A DNA stretch of 64,000 nucleotides from positions 186,001 to 250,000 of the forward strand of contig AP026144.1 of assembly GCA_030295235.1 (NCBI GenBank). Reading direction: 5' to 3'. The stretch comes from Fistulifera solaris. Lineage: Eukaryota. Under the pieces are notes generated by a model. It saw nothing but the letters and a program-made list of their open reading frames with translations, was not told the origin of the DNA and made no database searches. Numbering within the stretch: position 1 is the first letter of the stretch; the number at the start of each line of letters is the position of its first letter. Of the stretch, positions 51,722 to 62,610 are shown one piece after another. Made by a program: the position numbers and the translations under genes.

Positions 51722-52088
51722 TTCAAAAGAATTCTGGTGCTGAAAAAGCTAGAGTAGAAACCAAGAGTGAGCAATTCTTTCTCGATTGCCAGTGTCATTG
51801 CCAATGCGCCAAGCGGTTTGACATGCATGTGGTTGCGGTCAAGGGTGGGTGATGCGAAGGTGCAAGGATGGGGTGGAGAACGCCGGCAACTCCATACCTG
51901 CCTAAGTAGAATTCTCCACCGCTGTTCAAAATAGACGGTGCTATAGGCGCGCGTTGGTAGTTGAGAATTTGTGTACTAAATTTGAAAAATCAGGTACGAC
52001 AGGCGCGGCGCGGATCAGAGTGGTGGTGGGTTTAAATTATTTATCGTTCATAACTTGCACCCTAAGCAATTAAGATTTACGTTCGTTT

Positions 52089-54243
52089 TTAGCTTCGAAA
52101 ACTGCGAAAAATAGCTATTGCATTGCTATCGACGGATCCAACCGCAAGCTGTCCACCGTCGCCTGTTGATGCGAGACTGGAAATTCGTTGCAAGCCCGTA
52201 GACAAACTATCGTACAAATCTTCCCACTCATTCGAGCTCGGGGAAAAGTCGTAGCGCCTTACCACACCCGATGCAGTGGCCACCAGTACGAAGGGCTGTG
52301 CGTTTTCGTTTATTCCACCTGTCACTGTATTGAGTTCCCCGATTCGGTCTCCACTCTCACCTAAAATGTCAGCTCCTAGCTGCTGGTAAAGACCCGTTCC
52401 TCCTTTTTGATAAACAAGTACCCGACCAGAGCTCTGGTCGAATCCTGAGCTCCAACGGCGAAAACGTTTCCGTTGTCGGATAAGATAGCAACCGATGCCC
52501 CGAATTCTTCGTTGGGCTGATCACCTCGCACGGCAAAAACTAGGCTCCAGGGATCGTCAAATTGTGGTGTGTATTCATGAGCCACTGCATATCCCGGGAT
52601 AGTAGCAAATTCACTTCCCGGTGCACCAGTGAGAAATACAGAACCATCCCTGCTAATATCCACTGATTTTCCGAATCGAACATCGTCTCTGTCCCCGATG
52701 ATGGGTGTTTGTTCCATGGCATTCCAAAGTAATTCGCCAGATTCTGGATGGATTTCTCTTTCAAATGTGTAAACACGACCAGTGCTGGTAGACCAGTCGT
52801 GACTGTTGTAAGGTGCCCCCACAATGACTCGAAGTTTGCCATTTCCTACATGTGAAATAGCAACTGCACTTCCAAAATTTTCATTTGCCGCAAACAAATC
52901 TTCGTCGCCTCTTACTACAGGTTCGACGGGTTCCCATTCACCTCCTGGTTCATATCGATACACGAAAACTCCACCGACGCTTGTGTTGGTCCCTTTTGCG
53001 CTAAGGAATGGAGCGCCAGTAGCCAAGTAACGCGAGTCTGCCAAATCGACTGACCATCCCAAACCAGTGCTACTGTCAGTTTCCTCGAGCAATCCAGTGT
53101 CAGAAGTTTCCGAATACGACCAAAATACCGCGCTGCTGCTAGGAACTCCTGCTATAAGAAGGCTTTCATCGTAGGCGACATTTTGGCCTAATATCGAACT
53201 GATTTGCCCCCTAATTACACTATCTGGTACTGGTTCGTAGCGGAAGGGATTCGTGGGTGGTGTCAAAATGCTATCGATTGTTGGGGCCGCGGTGGGGGCG
53301 AATGATGGCTCGGGCCCAATCGGGGTCATGTCATCCTTTTTCAGCCAAAGCAGCAAGGCCATACCCAGCATCGTAATGAGGAATATTGTTAACAAAATAA
53401 AAACCCTATGCTTGTAAGCCAAGGTAGATTCGTTGGGTTGCGCTGCAAGACTACGTCGCTTCTTCTTTTCGCCGCGAGATGAGCTGGGTTGTTCCGGATC
53501 GAATTCCAAGCCGTCACTGTGCGATAACTTGGTGTAAATTGACTGCTCTTTCATCAAATCAACATTGTCGTTCGATTCAAGCAAGCTCTCGTCTACGGAG
53601 TCGACGAATATGGCATTATCTTGGTCCTCGACATCTGTGAAAACTTCGGTCGATTGCATCTCTTGGTGTGGAGGTAAATAAAAGGAAAATGTCCATCAAA
53701 TTCTGGCTGGTCGTCAGAGCGCGTTTTTTCCTCTTCAACTTCTAGCCCATCGTTTTCTTCTTCTTCTACTTCTTCCATCTCAAATTCTACATCGCCATAT
53801 TCAGATACATCGACATTGTTGGAATGCCCCCACACTTCGTTATCACCTTCGAATAGTAGGCGATGAACATCATTCGAATCTTTCTCATCGGGAGATATTC
53901 GATCCATGCCAAAGATTTTCACCACACTTTTGCTGCCTCTCGTGTTGCTACTGGAACTGCTGGCGCTAGGTGAATCTGGATTCTCCGGAATTGTAGGCAT
54001 GATATCTACTTTCGGTCCACTCGAATCATCGCTGCTACTGGAGGAAGAAGAATCATCGTCATCAGCTTGTTTCTTTTCCGTGTCGGCCCCGCTTTTCATG
54101 GTAATTTCCTCGTCCTCATATTCAGCATCCGATTCGTTGACGGACTCATCGGTAAATTCATCGTCATCATCATCGTCGATGATCTCTATCAGAGTTGCAG
54201 TAGGCATATTAAGACTTTCATCGTCCGAAACAACTACGCTCAT
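52089..54243 (-). CDS. Single-pass membrane FG-GAP protein, copy B, tandem paralog (two frameshifts)
   Basis: Acidic N-terminus, TM VFILLTIFLITMLGMALLLWL, PSFAPTAAPT. Shares ATGAPFL, SVGG, RGDED.FA..ENFGSA, EEFGAS..ILSD and VATA.G...RY with copy A. Confidence 0.8.
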
Positions 54244-54587
54244 TGTTGAGAGAGACCGAATGGAAAAACCAGCTATTGTCTTCGTGCTGGAAGGAACAGT
54301 GAGGGATATCCTATTTTAGAAAAACCAATCTTGCATTTTAATTGCTGTACAAGTATTTATTTGTGTTGAGCGAAAGTAACCGGTCACAGTCACATGCGAA
54401 CAAAATGCAAGTACCTGGTACCAGGTAGTACTGTACAAGCGCGTCTTTATAAGGCGTGAGTCGTGAACTTTAATCGTGTATACCTACAGAAGGAGTGATA
54501 ATCCAACATGTACCTGATACTTGTACCTGGTAGGAAAAAAGGCTAGGGGAGTATGATATGCAAAACAGGTTAAGTTACAATCGTCTT

Positions 54588-56477
54588 TCATGTTTCAGAA
54601 ACAGGATTATCTCGCATGCTTCGAACCAGCCGCTGAATGATATCCCCCTTCTCAATGCAATCTAAAACATGAATCTGCCGTTCACGAGCTACGGTCCGAA
54701 GCTGAGGTACGGTGAGCTGAGCCAAAGGGGCTAACGTTTGAAAGTAGTTGGCGACATGGGGACGAGCAATTGCGGTAGCGTTCAGCAAATTGATCATTTC
54801 ATCGCGACTTTGACAGTTGGATAAGTCGACCTCCGACAGTGCGGCAAGAGCACGGATTTCAGAGATGGCCCAATTGTCCAGTGGATGAGAAAGAACTTGG
54901 TGACTAGCATCGTTCCTACTAGATGATGATTGAGAAGTTTCGTCGAGACGCAGCTTGTCGGTCAGACAACATATGATTTCGGTACGTTCTAAACAACCCG
55001 ATAAGTCAATCGAATGAGCCCGAGCCAAAGCTTTGAGTTGTGAGATGTTTTGACGGTCCAGGTCGAAAACACTTTGGGAACTAGACGACTGTTCTGTATT
55101 TCTTATCGTCTCTTCCAGTTCATTGCCGCTTTTACTGGATGTCCCTTTGCTGTTCGACAAGTCCGATTCGGCGACACTTGATTCGGCTCGCTGCGCAGCG
55201 TGGTGCACACGAGTCCAGCTTCCCTCTGAAGACGTCTCCGCTGACACAAGCAAAGGGTCAGCCTCAGCATCAGTCTCATCACTTGACGATACGCAATCTC
55301 CGATTTCTCCGGTTTTTACAGGTAAGTCTTCATCGAGAACGACAACTTTGGGATCATCGCTTTCGTGTCGCCGTCGCTTGCGACGAAAGGGTTGATCACT
55401 AGCCAAAGAATAGTGCTCCAAAAACTCATCCCTAGTACCTTCCGAGACCTCGTCATTGTCATTTGACCGAATCGATGGCGCCGATAGACAGTCCGCATCT
55501 TCTGGCTGTTGTGCCTCTACGACACAAGTGTTGCTACGCACATAGTTTATATTTTCTTCCATCAAAATCGAAGTATCCTCCCGTTCGTCCACCAAACGTT
55601 CCCGTGGATCCTCCAGATTTACAGTCTCGACGGTAAGTTTGTGCACTGGACGAGCGGCAGGTTTGCGATCTTCTTCTGGTTCTTCTAGTAGTTGCAAACG
55701 TCCACTGGCTACAAAGATATGAATCATATCCGACTTTTCCACGACTTCCTTGGCATCAAAGAATACACCCGCATCATTCATGGTAGCTTTGAGTCGCGAA
55801 ATCGACATGGCTCGCAATTCACTCAAGCGATGTCGGACAGGTTCCGGGGTCGCGACTACATCAATGACTCCTGATTGGATTAAACACTCGACCAGTTCCC
55901 GCCGCTCAGCGAACCGCCGTGTTGTTCGTTGGGATTGTGGAAGTAGCTGCTTGAGTTGCGCAATGGAAAGGCGGTCCAGTTCGTGTTGAGCAAAACGCGG
56001 TTTCCGACAACGCATCCGTTCTTGACGTCCTCGTTCGTATTCAGGATTATTGTCGACGGGCAGTTCGTAACGACAAACTGGGCACGTATTTCCATGATTC
56101 GTCAGCCATTGCTGAATACAAGGAGGATGATAAACATGCGCGCACGGCAAGCGTAACACGGAATGACCTAATTGGATGCCTTCCAGACAGATACAGCATT
56201 CTCGATTGCAGGGATCTATCAAATCTTCTCGAGAGACCTTGACTGTAGGCAATTGGCGAATGGCTTGATGAGACGCCGCCACGGGTTGCGGGGGCTGCGA
56301 TTGCTGCATAGAAGCTCGCAAAGCGGCGGCCATGTCACTTTGAAAGATTTGATCTTGTAATTGGTTTGCGAACGAAGAAGCCAAGTTCGGAAAGTTTTGA
56401 AAGAACCCCGGAAAAGAAAAGGAAGAAACATCATCGTTTTCGTCAGCACGGTTACGCTGATGATGATTCATGTTCAT
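54588..56477 (-). CDS. RING-H2 E3 ubiquitin ligase with repeated SAP-like helical motifs
   Basis: AS..AI..LP, CCICLE...LPCAHVYHPPCI..WL....TCPVCRYELP (RNF115/126 type); five copies of SI.QL(K/R).L....D...C.E(R/K).(E/D)(L/I/M)I. Confidence 0.9.
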   Translation of the reverse strand: MNMNHHQRNRADENDDVSSFSFPGFFQNFPNLASSFANQLQDQIFQSDMAAALRASMQQSQPPQPVAASHQAIRQLPTVKVSREDLIDPCNRECCICLEGIQLGHSVLRLPCAHVYHPPCIQQWLTNHGNTCPVCRYELPVDNNPEYERGRQERMRCRKPRFAQHELDRLSIAQLKQLLPQSQRTTRRFAERRELVECLIQSGVIDVVATPEPVRHRLSELRAMSISRLKATMNDAGVFFDAKEVVEKSDMIHIFVASGRLQLLEEPEEDRKPAARPVHKLTVETVNLEDPRERLVDEREDTSILMEENINYVRSNTCVVEAQQPEDADCLSAPSIRSNDNDEVSEGTRDEFLEHYSLASDQPFRRKRRRHESDDPKVVVLDEDLPVKTGEIGDCVSSSDETDAEADPLLVSAETSSEGSWTRVHHAAQRAESSVAESDLSNSKGTSSKSGNELEETIRNTEQSSSSQSVFDLDRQNISQLKALARAHSIDLSGCLERTEIICCLTDKLRLDETSQSSSSRNDASHQVLSHPLDNWAISEIRALAALSEVDLSNCQSRDEMINLLNATAIARPHVANYFQTLAPLAQLTVPQLRTVARERQIHVLDCIEKGDIIQRLVRSMRDNPVSET

Positions 56478-57551
56478 GATGGGTTTGCACGAAAGTCCTC
56501 GATGGAACGATTAATTTAACGTCTCGAGGACACGCGAAGCTTCTGGCAATAGAAATAGATTGATCCAAATACAAAATCACTGCTGATTGCACAAAGTCGC
56601 TATTCTAATTGCTATATTCTCAACAGCGCTTATGATCTAGCGTTGGTGATAAACGCTCTGTGTTCATTTATCATCAATTGCATCGCATCATCGTCGTCGA
56701 GGAACGAAAAAACTGATGATTCATTCACGAACGAAAATTTAGTCTTTTATGAAAGGTCGCTTGCACTTTGGGTCTATACTAAATAGTACTCCGGTATAGT
56801 AATACGGGAGCGAACCATGCACAAGGAAATTCAATGCAAAAATCACTGGCTGCGTTGCGCTTGCTGTTGAGAATCGTTCTGCATCGTGAAAACGACGACT
56901 TCATAGTTTAGTAAATTTGTAAAACGAAAATTGATCTTTTATTTTATTTTATTAGTTTGGCTCGTGGCTTGGGATTGGGAAAGATTGATTCATGACTGAA
57001 ACGCAATCGTGAGAAGATATCTCCTAGCTAGCTACATTTGGTTTTAGAGTACACGTACGGAAAAAAACCAACGCAAGGCTTTGCCATGCAAATCAAGAGT
57101 CCTTACCCTTTTAGAAGCTTTGTAGGCCTCAGTAACAATATAATTAATGTAAAGCAGCATTTGCAGTGCAGAGTTCGTATTCACTCTTTAAAGATGCTAT
57201 CGGATCGTTTCTCGCATAATTACTACAGGACACAGTTCAGTCATGATCGTAAAACGGATTTCGTCCTTTTGTTAGCTTTTTAGATCTCATTCACAATTTC
57301 AAAGGCGAGAAGCAGCGTTTTTGTTGCGGAGTCCGTACAAGTAGTCCGTATTTAATTCGACATAGGTTCACTAGCTCGTCACGCTACGACAGAACATTTT
57401 TCTTGTTTACTATCTTTCCATCCACAACTCTAAAATGAAACATTCGAAAATCTTGTCTTCATCCATAAAAGACTATACGTTATAGGCATTGACAAGGAAA
57501 TGCAAGTCTTTCTTACTTGTCATCGACCTCTAGCTCCAGTGGTGAAAAAGA

Positions 57552-59047
57552 ATGACAATTCATGAATGCCTGCCGCTGTTGCTTATTCTATCGCTGGTCC
57601 GATATTGTCTCGCAGCCACCGATGAATCATCATCGTCATCGTCTTCCGCGACGTGTTTACCACACTCTCTGCGAGTGCCTTCGACAGTTGTACATCGCCC
57701 TCATCAACTGGTTATCGCACATCGTGGAGCATCGTATCATTTACCCGAGCATACAACAGCCGCATATCGACTGGCTTTAGAATTAGGTGCCGACTGGATC
57801 GAAACCGATGTGGTGGCTTCGTCTGACGGTGTCTTGTTTTGTCTCCACAGTGTCGATTTGGCAGTCACTTCCAATGTCGAAGAAATCTTTCCCGATCAGA
57901 CATGGTACAGTCCAATATTCAATCGAACCGGATACTGGATATTTAATTTCACGGCCGATCAAATCGATCAACTGACGGTCCAGCAACGACTTTCCGAAAG
58001 TCGCAGCACCGCGTTTGATCGTAAGATGCATATACCGCGACTCGAAGATGCGTTGCGCGTATTGAAGGACTGGAACACAGATGACTTACCACAACGACTT
58101 CCGCCCCTTGTTGGAGACAATATTACAACAACGACGAACGCACGTAAACCCTCCTCAGTTGATTTGGCGCGATCCGGAATGTACCTAGAATTTAAGGATT
58201 ACATTCTACAAAAGAGGAAGCAGGCATCGACTTGGTCGATCTGTTGTACCATCACATGGAACAATTTTCAGATTTATGGAAGCCGCTGCTGGAAGATCAA
58301 TGCTACGCTGTGATGCGATTTGATGAGTACGTCGTACCCGGTTTGGTGTTGCAGTCGTTTGATGTTGATGCCTTGTCGCGATTCCATGAACGGTGGCCTT
58401 TGTACTTTTCCGACAAGCTGAATGAAAGCAACAGTTCTTTACGCATATCCCCCGAACCTCCTCATGTTTTACTTTTGAATTATCATGGCTGTACCGGAGA
58501 ATTGGGGGAAGAGTTTTGGTTTCATATCGGTGATTCGTGGAGGTCCTTTCTGAGTGGTATTGGTTGTGATAAACAATGTCTATTTGACAATGAAGAATTT
58601 GGGCACAAAGCAGAAAGTTTTAAGCTCGTCTTGCATCCTTGGACCGAACGACCTGAGCAAACCTTCTTGGTCGACCCGGAAAGGTTTCCGACTGTGTTTG
58701 AGGAAACTCGTCATTTGTTGTGTAAGGTTCCGGCGGTACACGGTATCTTTAGTGAATCTGTTTCTATTGCCGTGGCAGTGGCTCGAATGGGATGTCAAGA
58801 CAGCGAACAAATTGACGGAAAAGGTGATCCATTATCGGACACGACGAAGGAATCAACAACATGTTACGGTAGCAGTCGACAATCAGTTATCTTCAGCGGA
58901 TTACTTTCTTTCTTCTTGGGATCTCTCATGGCTGTATCGATCAGCTCATGCGTCCATCGACGGAAAATGTTGCGGCACTACACCGGTCGCACCACCGTAA
59001 CTTCTAGCGACGAGGAGGACTGTGGAAACGACGCGGAACTCACATGA
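57552..59047 (+). CDS. Glycerophosphodiester phosphodiesterase (GDPD) with signal peptide and C-terminal TM, one frameshift near 58210
   Basis: IAHRGAS..LPEHT..AY.LA, IETDVV.S.DG, YLEFK, LQSFD, LHPWT.R.E, VHGIFSE. Confidence 0.9.
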
Positions 59048-60648
59048 AACTAGAAACTGTCGCAAGCTCAATCCGTCTGTGGCGAAGCTGAGAGTTAGGA
59101 GTTTAATTATGTCATTAGTTTGAGGTGAACAACCCAAAGAGCTATCTTTGGAATGACCGATATAAATTATAAAATTTGTACAATAGAAATGTAGAGCTCT
59201 AGTCAGTGCATAAACTCTCTAGTTTAGTTCTTCTAAATCCAGCGAGAGCGAGTCCAAAAAGACTAGCAATTTTATAAACCTTAATATACTCCTGATGGAC
59301 CTACCCGATCGCGACCAAAATCGAAAAAGTATTCGACCAAGAGATACGGGGAAAAAGGAGCGTTGCAGATGGCTAACGAATGGCGTTTGTTGCATGCGTC
59401 GAATTGACACCTGTGCTATGATGTCAAAATCGTCCCTCCAAAGTACCGAGTAGAATCTCGTAGAAACTAACAAAAGTAGTAAATGCAGTTCGTTTCTTTC
59501 AAGGTCTCAAAATGCCGGTTGCCAATCATCAATGGTGTTTAAGTCACATGGTTTTCCAAAGTTGCAGGAGCAACCCCCGTTTGGAATAAGTTCCGATCAA
59601 TAACTTAAAGGAATTGTACAAATATCGAAATCTTGCCATTGTTGATGGTGACGAGATTGAATTTGAGACAGAATCTCAGCTCGGTAAGCTACCACCATCT
59701 GAATTCGACTCAGTCTTCAGTGGATCGTCCACGAAATTGGCAAATCAGATGTCGCTTCTCTCGTTCGTCACACAAAGTAAACATTGCTAGCCGATGCACA
59801 GGATTGAATGTATTGAAGTGATGACAATTCGATGTTCGATGCTGTTTCTTGTCGAGTGAGTACTCCGTACTGGTTGAACCGGAGCTTTTGGTAAACTGTA
59901 GCGCCATGCAGTGCCGTTTTGATCATGAAAAATTAACTGATACTTGAACGCCATTCAACTTTTGTCGTCGCGGATCCAGTAGAGACGTCGTCATTCTATC
60001 ATTGCTCACGCAGTTTAATTCTCGTCGATACGAAAGCGTGGCTCTCGTTGACAGAGTGGAAGTTCATCGCAGGTCTCTCGTGAAGATCAAGAAGAATGTG
60101 CTGCATCACTTTCATACCAGAATGGCTTGCACTGAACGATGGCGGGCTTCTTTAAAAATGACCTTCACATCTCAAAAGGCAATCCGGTCTTTCACTTCAT
60201 ATCGCCACTCGTCAACGCAAATGAACAACGAGGCACCGTCTCGCCTTTCTACGATCGTCTTTCGATCCGTTGTCCAACTGATCGTTTTGTTTGCTGGTCA
60301 TCCCTGAGAGCCCAACGACGGAAGGTTGCGATGGTATGAAATGAATGATTTGTTGTGGCTTATTGTTGTGACAAAAAGCGTGGAAAGTGGAAACGGCGCT
60401 GCGAGTGCGGATCTTTTTCGACGGTCAATGATGTATCCGTGACCAGGTGTCTTATCGGTACCCAATTACCTCTAATTACACACTAGCATTATAAATCCTA
60501 CTCAAAACTTCGGAGTACATATTATTCGTTATCCCTTTCCGAAATGGTACTCACCACTTACAAACATATTGAGACGGATGACGGTCAAACGGATCGACGC
60601 ATGGCAAAACGTCCGAAACTCCTTTGAAATCAAAAGCAAGAAGCAAAA

Positions 60649-60732
60649 GGTCCACTGCGAGAATCGAACTCGCGACCTGCTAGAAGATCTACATGACCCG
60701 AACCAGCAATCATACCACTAGACCAAGTGGAC
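60649..60732 (-). tRNA. tRNA-Pro(CGG) with a 12-nt intron at canonical position 37/38 (60685..60696)
   Basis: Acceptor GTCCACT/AGTGGAC, D arm TGGTCTAGTGGTATGA, anticodon stem GCTGG/CTAGC with loop TT-CGG-G[intron]T, T arm GCGAG-TTCGATT-CTCGC, followed by TTTT. Confidence 0.93.
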
Positions 60733-62610
60733 TTTTACATTTTTCCATAGTATTTGATTACACAATCGGATTTTTAATGCTTTTCTCTTTCTGAGTTTGG
60801 GAGCAACGAAAGGATTGAGTAATTATTGCTCCATCACTGAAAAGTATATCGCTTTCTTTTCTCTCAGTGTATCTCTCTTTTCTCTTTTGCTTTAGCTGTA
60901 AAATCTCATGTGGACCTTTCTTTTCCTCCTTCGTTACGTTTTTGAAGTTAATAGTCTTACCGATACCAACCATCCTATCGGCTGGAGTCTAAAAACATGA
61001 TATACGACATGAAAATACGACACAATTCGGTATTCGAGTTGTACTCATTTTTTACGAAGGTTTTTTGTTTGCAAGCGCAAGCAAGAGCGGCCAACGCCCG
61101 CGTTTATAACCTCATCGTCAAAAGATATGAACAATGCCCGCTTGTCTTTCAGTTTCTTGTTTATTGTCACGTAATCGACACTCATTCTCGGTTTGGGTGT
61201 TCGCCTTTTGTTGACTTTGTAAATAGGTCGGCTATTGTTGGAGTAACACGCGTTTCGGGGTTGAAACGGCAGTTTTAAAAAATTTGATGAAAACTCAGAG
61301 TACCGCCTGTCTTTGTTTGAAGAAAAACCGCCGACGGAAATCAAAATGTCTTTTTGGAGAATACTGAGACCGAATCCCTGGCCTTGTCGACTCAAGAAGG
61401 CATGGATCGTTTAAAGCGCATTCCCCGTCCACGAGCAAAAGGATTCTAATAAACCTCCCTTTCCTTAACACTGTTTCGCTTTTCCATGAATCGGCGTTTG
61501 TGAATGCGCTGGGTACATTCTTCCGATGGCGTCGTATACAAAAGATGAAGCGATACCTTCTGTATTTACCTCTTGAGCGGCTCCATTTGATTGAAAAGGC
61601 GTCTAATACAATCTGCAATGTTCCTTGACCCTGGTTTCTTCGCTACTCTGAGATTTTCGTCATTTTAAGGGCTCGACCTCAACAACCTTTTATGACAAGC
61701 ATATCGGCGAAGCTAACGAGAAAGATAAATGATAGGCTCATCTTGTTCAAGAATGGCTTTCGTAGCCGCTGACGACGAAAGAAAGAGAGTGGATATTTTT
61801 CCTCGCCGAAAATGCTTTGTCGAAAAAACCACCTACCGGCTACACGTCTATGGTGAATGCTTCGGCTTTGCTTGCGAAAGACTCTGGTTTATTATGAAAT
61901 TGACAAAAATCTCTCTTTCGCATTTTTGCGCTCTGTTGAAATGGGGGTTTATTTTTTTACCGCGAATTCGCCTTTACAATCAGCTTTTCGAATAAAGACC
62001 ATGAAGTTGCCGTGATTTTGAAGAAAATTTGTGTGTTGACTACCTCTGTATGACAAAAGCGGAAGATACTTTTTTGGTGCCGGGAAGGAGTCCGACGGTC
62101 GGATTGTTGACTTCTTCGGCTCGTTCGATAGAAATAGCCCGCTTGTTAGCAAAGGGTTTTACTCGCTGACATTTTCATTTTTGATTTGATTTATCAATCA
62201 ATCGGCTTTTAATCAATGCGCAGAATACATTCGCGCACGCCGTAACGTTTGGTATACACCGTTGAACATTCAAGCTTCCACAGTCCTTGTGAGGGCTCGC
62301 GTTTGCATTATGCATGGATTAGGGTCGAACTTAAAACATTCAGGAAATGAGATAGGGCTTTGTAGACCATGGCGACATAGTTTGCCCTCCCACAGAGCCA
62401 AACGAAGAAGAAACGAGGCGAAAAAAAGACTACTTGAATCGGAACTATTTCACGGCGATTACGCTTATGGCTATGAGTTCAGAGGAGACGAACTGCCTTA
62501 AATTCGAGAGTTTAAGTGATGAAGATCAGATGAACGACAACTAATTATTTGTTTTAAAAACAAGCCCTGCAAGGGATGAGTGCAAATGTTTTTATGAATA
62601 GTTCAAACAC

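Noticed and set aside
303..56477. Ubiquitin-system cluster (E2, UBX, ubiquilin, RING) and lipidation theme (DHHC, CAAX protease, MG-C proteins)
   Set aside because: The genes are scattered 15-20 kb apart among unrelated genes and belong to large common families; chance is sufficient.
59219..60339. Short ORFs downstream of GDPD
   Set aside because: Frequent stops in all frames and no recognisable motif.
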